Below, one piece after another: positions 24,254 through 25,287 of a stretch of DNA of 25,287 bases. The notes below the pieces were generated by a model. That model did not search any database, had not been told where the DNA came from, and saw nothing but the letters and a program-made list of their open reading frames with translations. A program made the position numbers and the translations under genes. Source of the DNA: a virus. Taxonomy: Duplodnaviria; Caudoviricetes. The stretch spans positions 1-25,287 of IMG/VR virus record IMGVR_UViG_3300033067_000245. One strand, 5' to 3'. Position 1 is the stretch's first letter. Each line of letters opens with the position of its first letter.

Positions 24254-25287
24254 GTGGTTTACCAAAGATACAGGTCTGGGAGAAAGTTTCCTAATCCCGA
24301 TGTCGTCACCGACGAATCAACCCGAAGATTTTTCTTCGATTTAATTGATTCTTTAGATGAATTAAGTACGGATGTAACGGACCTTCAAACAAATGGCGGT
24401 ACTATTACATCGGCTGTAAGCAACCTCGTTTCTTTAAACGACGTTTCCTTAGCTACTTCTGTTGGTTCCAACGGATACGCCGTTGTTTGGTCCAACACAA
24501 ATAATCAGTTTGTTTTGACCCCGACATCAGGTACGGGAGATATTGTTTCTGTAGATAACCGTGTGACGTCAGTACAAAACGGTGTCGTATCAGTTAATAA
24601 CCGTGTAACGTCAGTAGATGTTTACGCTAAAAATCAAGTAAGTATTTTAGCCGACAGAATTACTTCAGTACGGGCTGGTGTTGTGTCCGTCGCTACAGCC
24701 GCTATTACTAATATGGTGTCTTTAGTTGATACATCCCTTGCAACTTCAGCAGGGTCAAATGGTTACGCTGTCGTTTGGTCTTCCCCACAAAGTAAGTTTG
24801 TTCTCTCTTCTGTCGGAGGCGGTGGTGGCGGTGGAGACGTCGCGTCTGTTGATAATCGTGTAACATCCGTACTAAATCAACTTCTTGTTGTTTCCGCAGA
24901 CTTAACCTCTGTAAAAAATGTTGTATCCAATAATACGTCTGTAAACACTGCGGCTCACGTCTCCCTTGAGGCACATATCAATACAGTCTCTGCTGGCTCT
25001 GCTGCTGTCTCCGCAGACTTGACATCGGTTAAAAGTTCTAAACTGTCTAAGACTTTGACATCAGCTTGTATTTTAGTCGGGGACAGTTTAAATGTCGCCA
25101 CTACAGTCTCTGTATCTGGACACGCATCCCTATCTAATACAGGGGTCATCACTATCCCAGGAACGTTAGTTCACCCAACGACTGGAAGTACCTACGAGTA
25201 TTCGTTGAAACCAACGTCAATAACGGGCCAGAAAAACACGATGATTGGTGTGGGGACTGGTACAAACATCATAGGCTCGGACCAAAA
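24254..25287 (+). CDS. Second tail fibre-like protein, 3'-truncated by the window edge (MVYQRYRSGRKFPNPDVV...)
   Basis: Not in ORF track. Open frame from GTG 24254 to the window end, sharing NRVTSV, poly-Gly and VSADLTSVKNVVSNNTSVN repeats with 19240-20511. Confidence 0.85.
   Translation, partial: MVYQRYRSGRKFPNPDVVTDESTRRFFFDLIDSLDELSTDVTDLQTNGGTITSAVSNLVSLNDVSLATSVGSNGYAVVWSNTNNQFVLTPTSGTGDIVSVDNRVTSVQNGVVSVNNRVTSVDVYAKNQVSILADRITSVRAGVVSVATAAITNMVSLVDTSLATSAGSNGYAVVWSSPQSKFVLSSVGGGGGGGDVASVDNRVTSVLNQLLVVSADLTSVKNVVSNNTSVNTAAHVSLEAHINTVSAGSAAVSADLTSVKSSKLSKTLTSACILVGDSLNVATTVSVSGHASLSNTGVITIPGTLVHPTTGSTYEYSLKPTSITGQKNTMIGVGTGTNIIGSDQ

Noticed and set aside
1-25287. Genome-wide stop-codon reassignment (TGA=Trp or TAG=Gln)
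   Set aside because: Long genes are intact in code 11 and use TGG for Trp. TGA and TAG both end genes at tight junctions (4860, 3948, 88, 24251).
19240-25287. Diversity-generating retroelement TR/VR pair in the fibre genes
   Set aside because: Shared segments lie in the shaft and differ at synonymous positions rather than adenines only. No RT seen.

Overview
Fragment of a tailed dsDNA phage genome with a podovirus-type head/neck module (P22-like portal with barrel, adaptor, nozzle, no tape measure seen), read in standard genetic code 11. Bases 1-7214 hold a tightly packed leftward (- strand) operon of small early/accessory genes, including an HslV/proteasome-like Ntn hydrolase and several genes missed by the ORF track. 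Bases 7215-8339 are a non-coding control region, probably the genome end or packaging region. It holds a structured leader, five GcrA-type GANTC motifs, a consensus bacterial parS site, IHF consensus sites and a G-tract. A TerS-like gene on the - strand is separated from the divergent TerL by about 700 nt containing roughly ten stem-loops. Bases 9724-25287 are a rightward morphogenesis module: TerL, portal, GroES-like co-chaperonin, scaffold, capsid decoration, major capsid protein, adaptors, tail fibres and nozzle. The best candidates for new biology are (i) the parS + GANTC/GcrA + IHF cassette, which resembles host chromosome-origin signals and suggests an alphaproteobacterial host, and (ii) two unexplained structured non-coding elements. 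Protein calls come from motif recognition and synteny, and all counts were done by eye.
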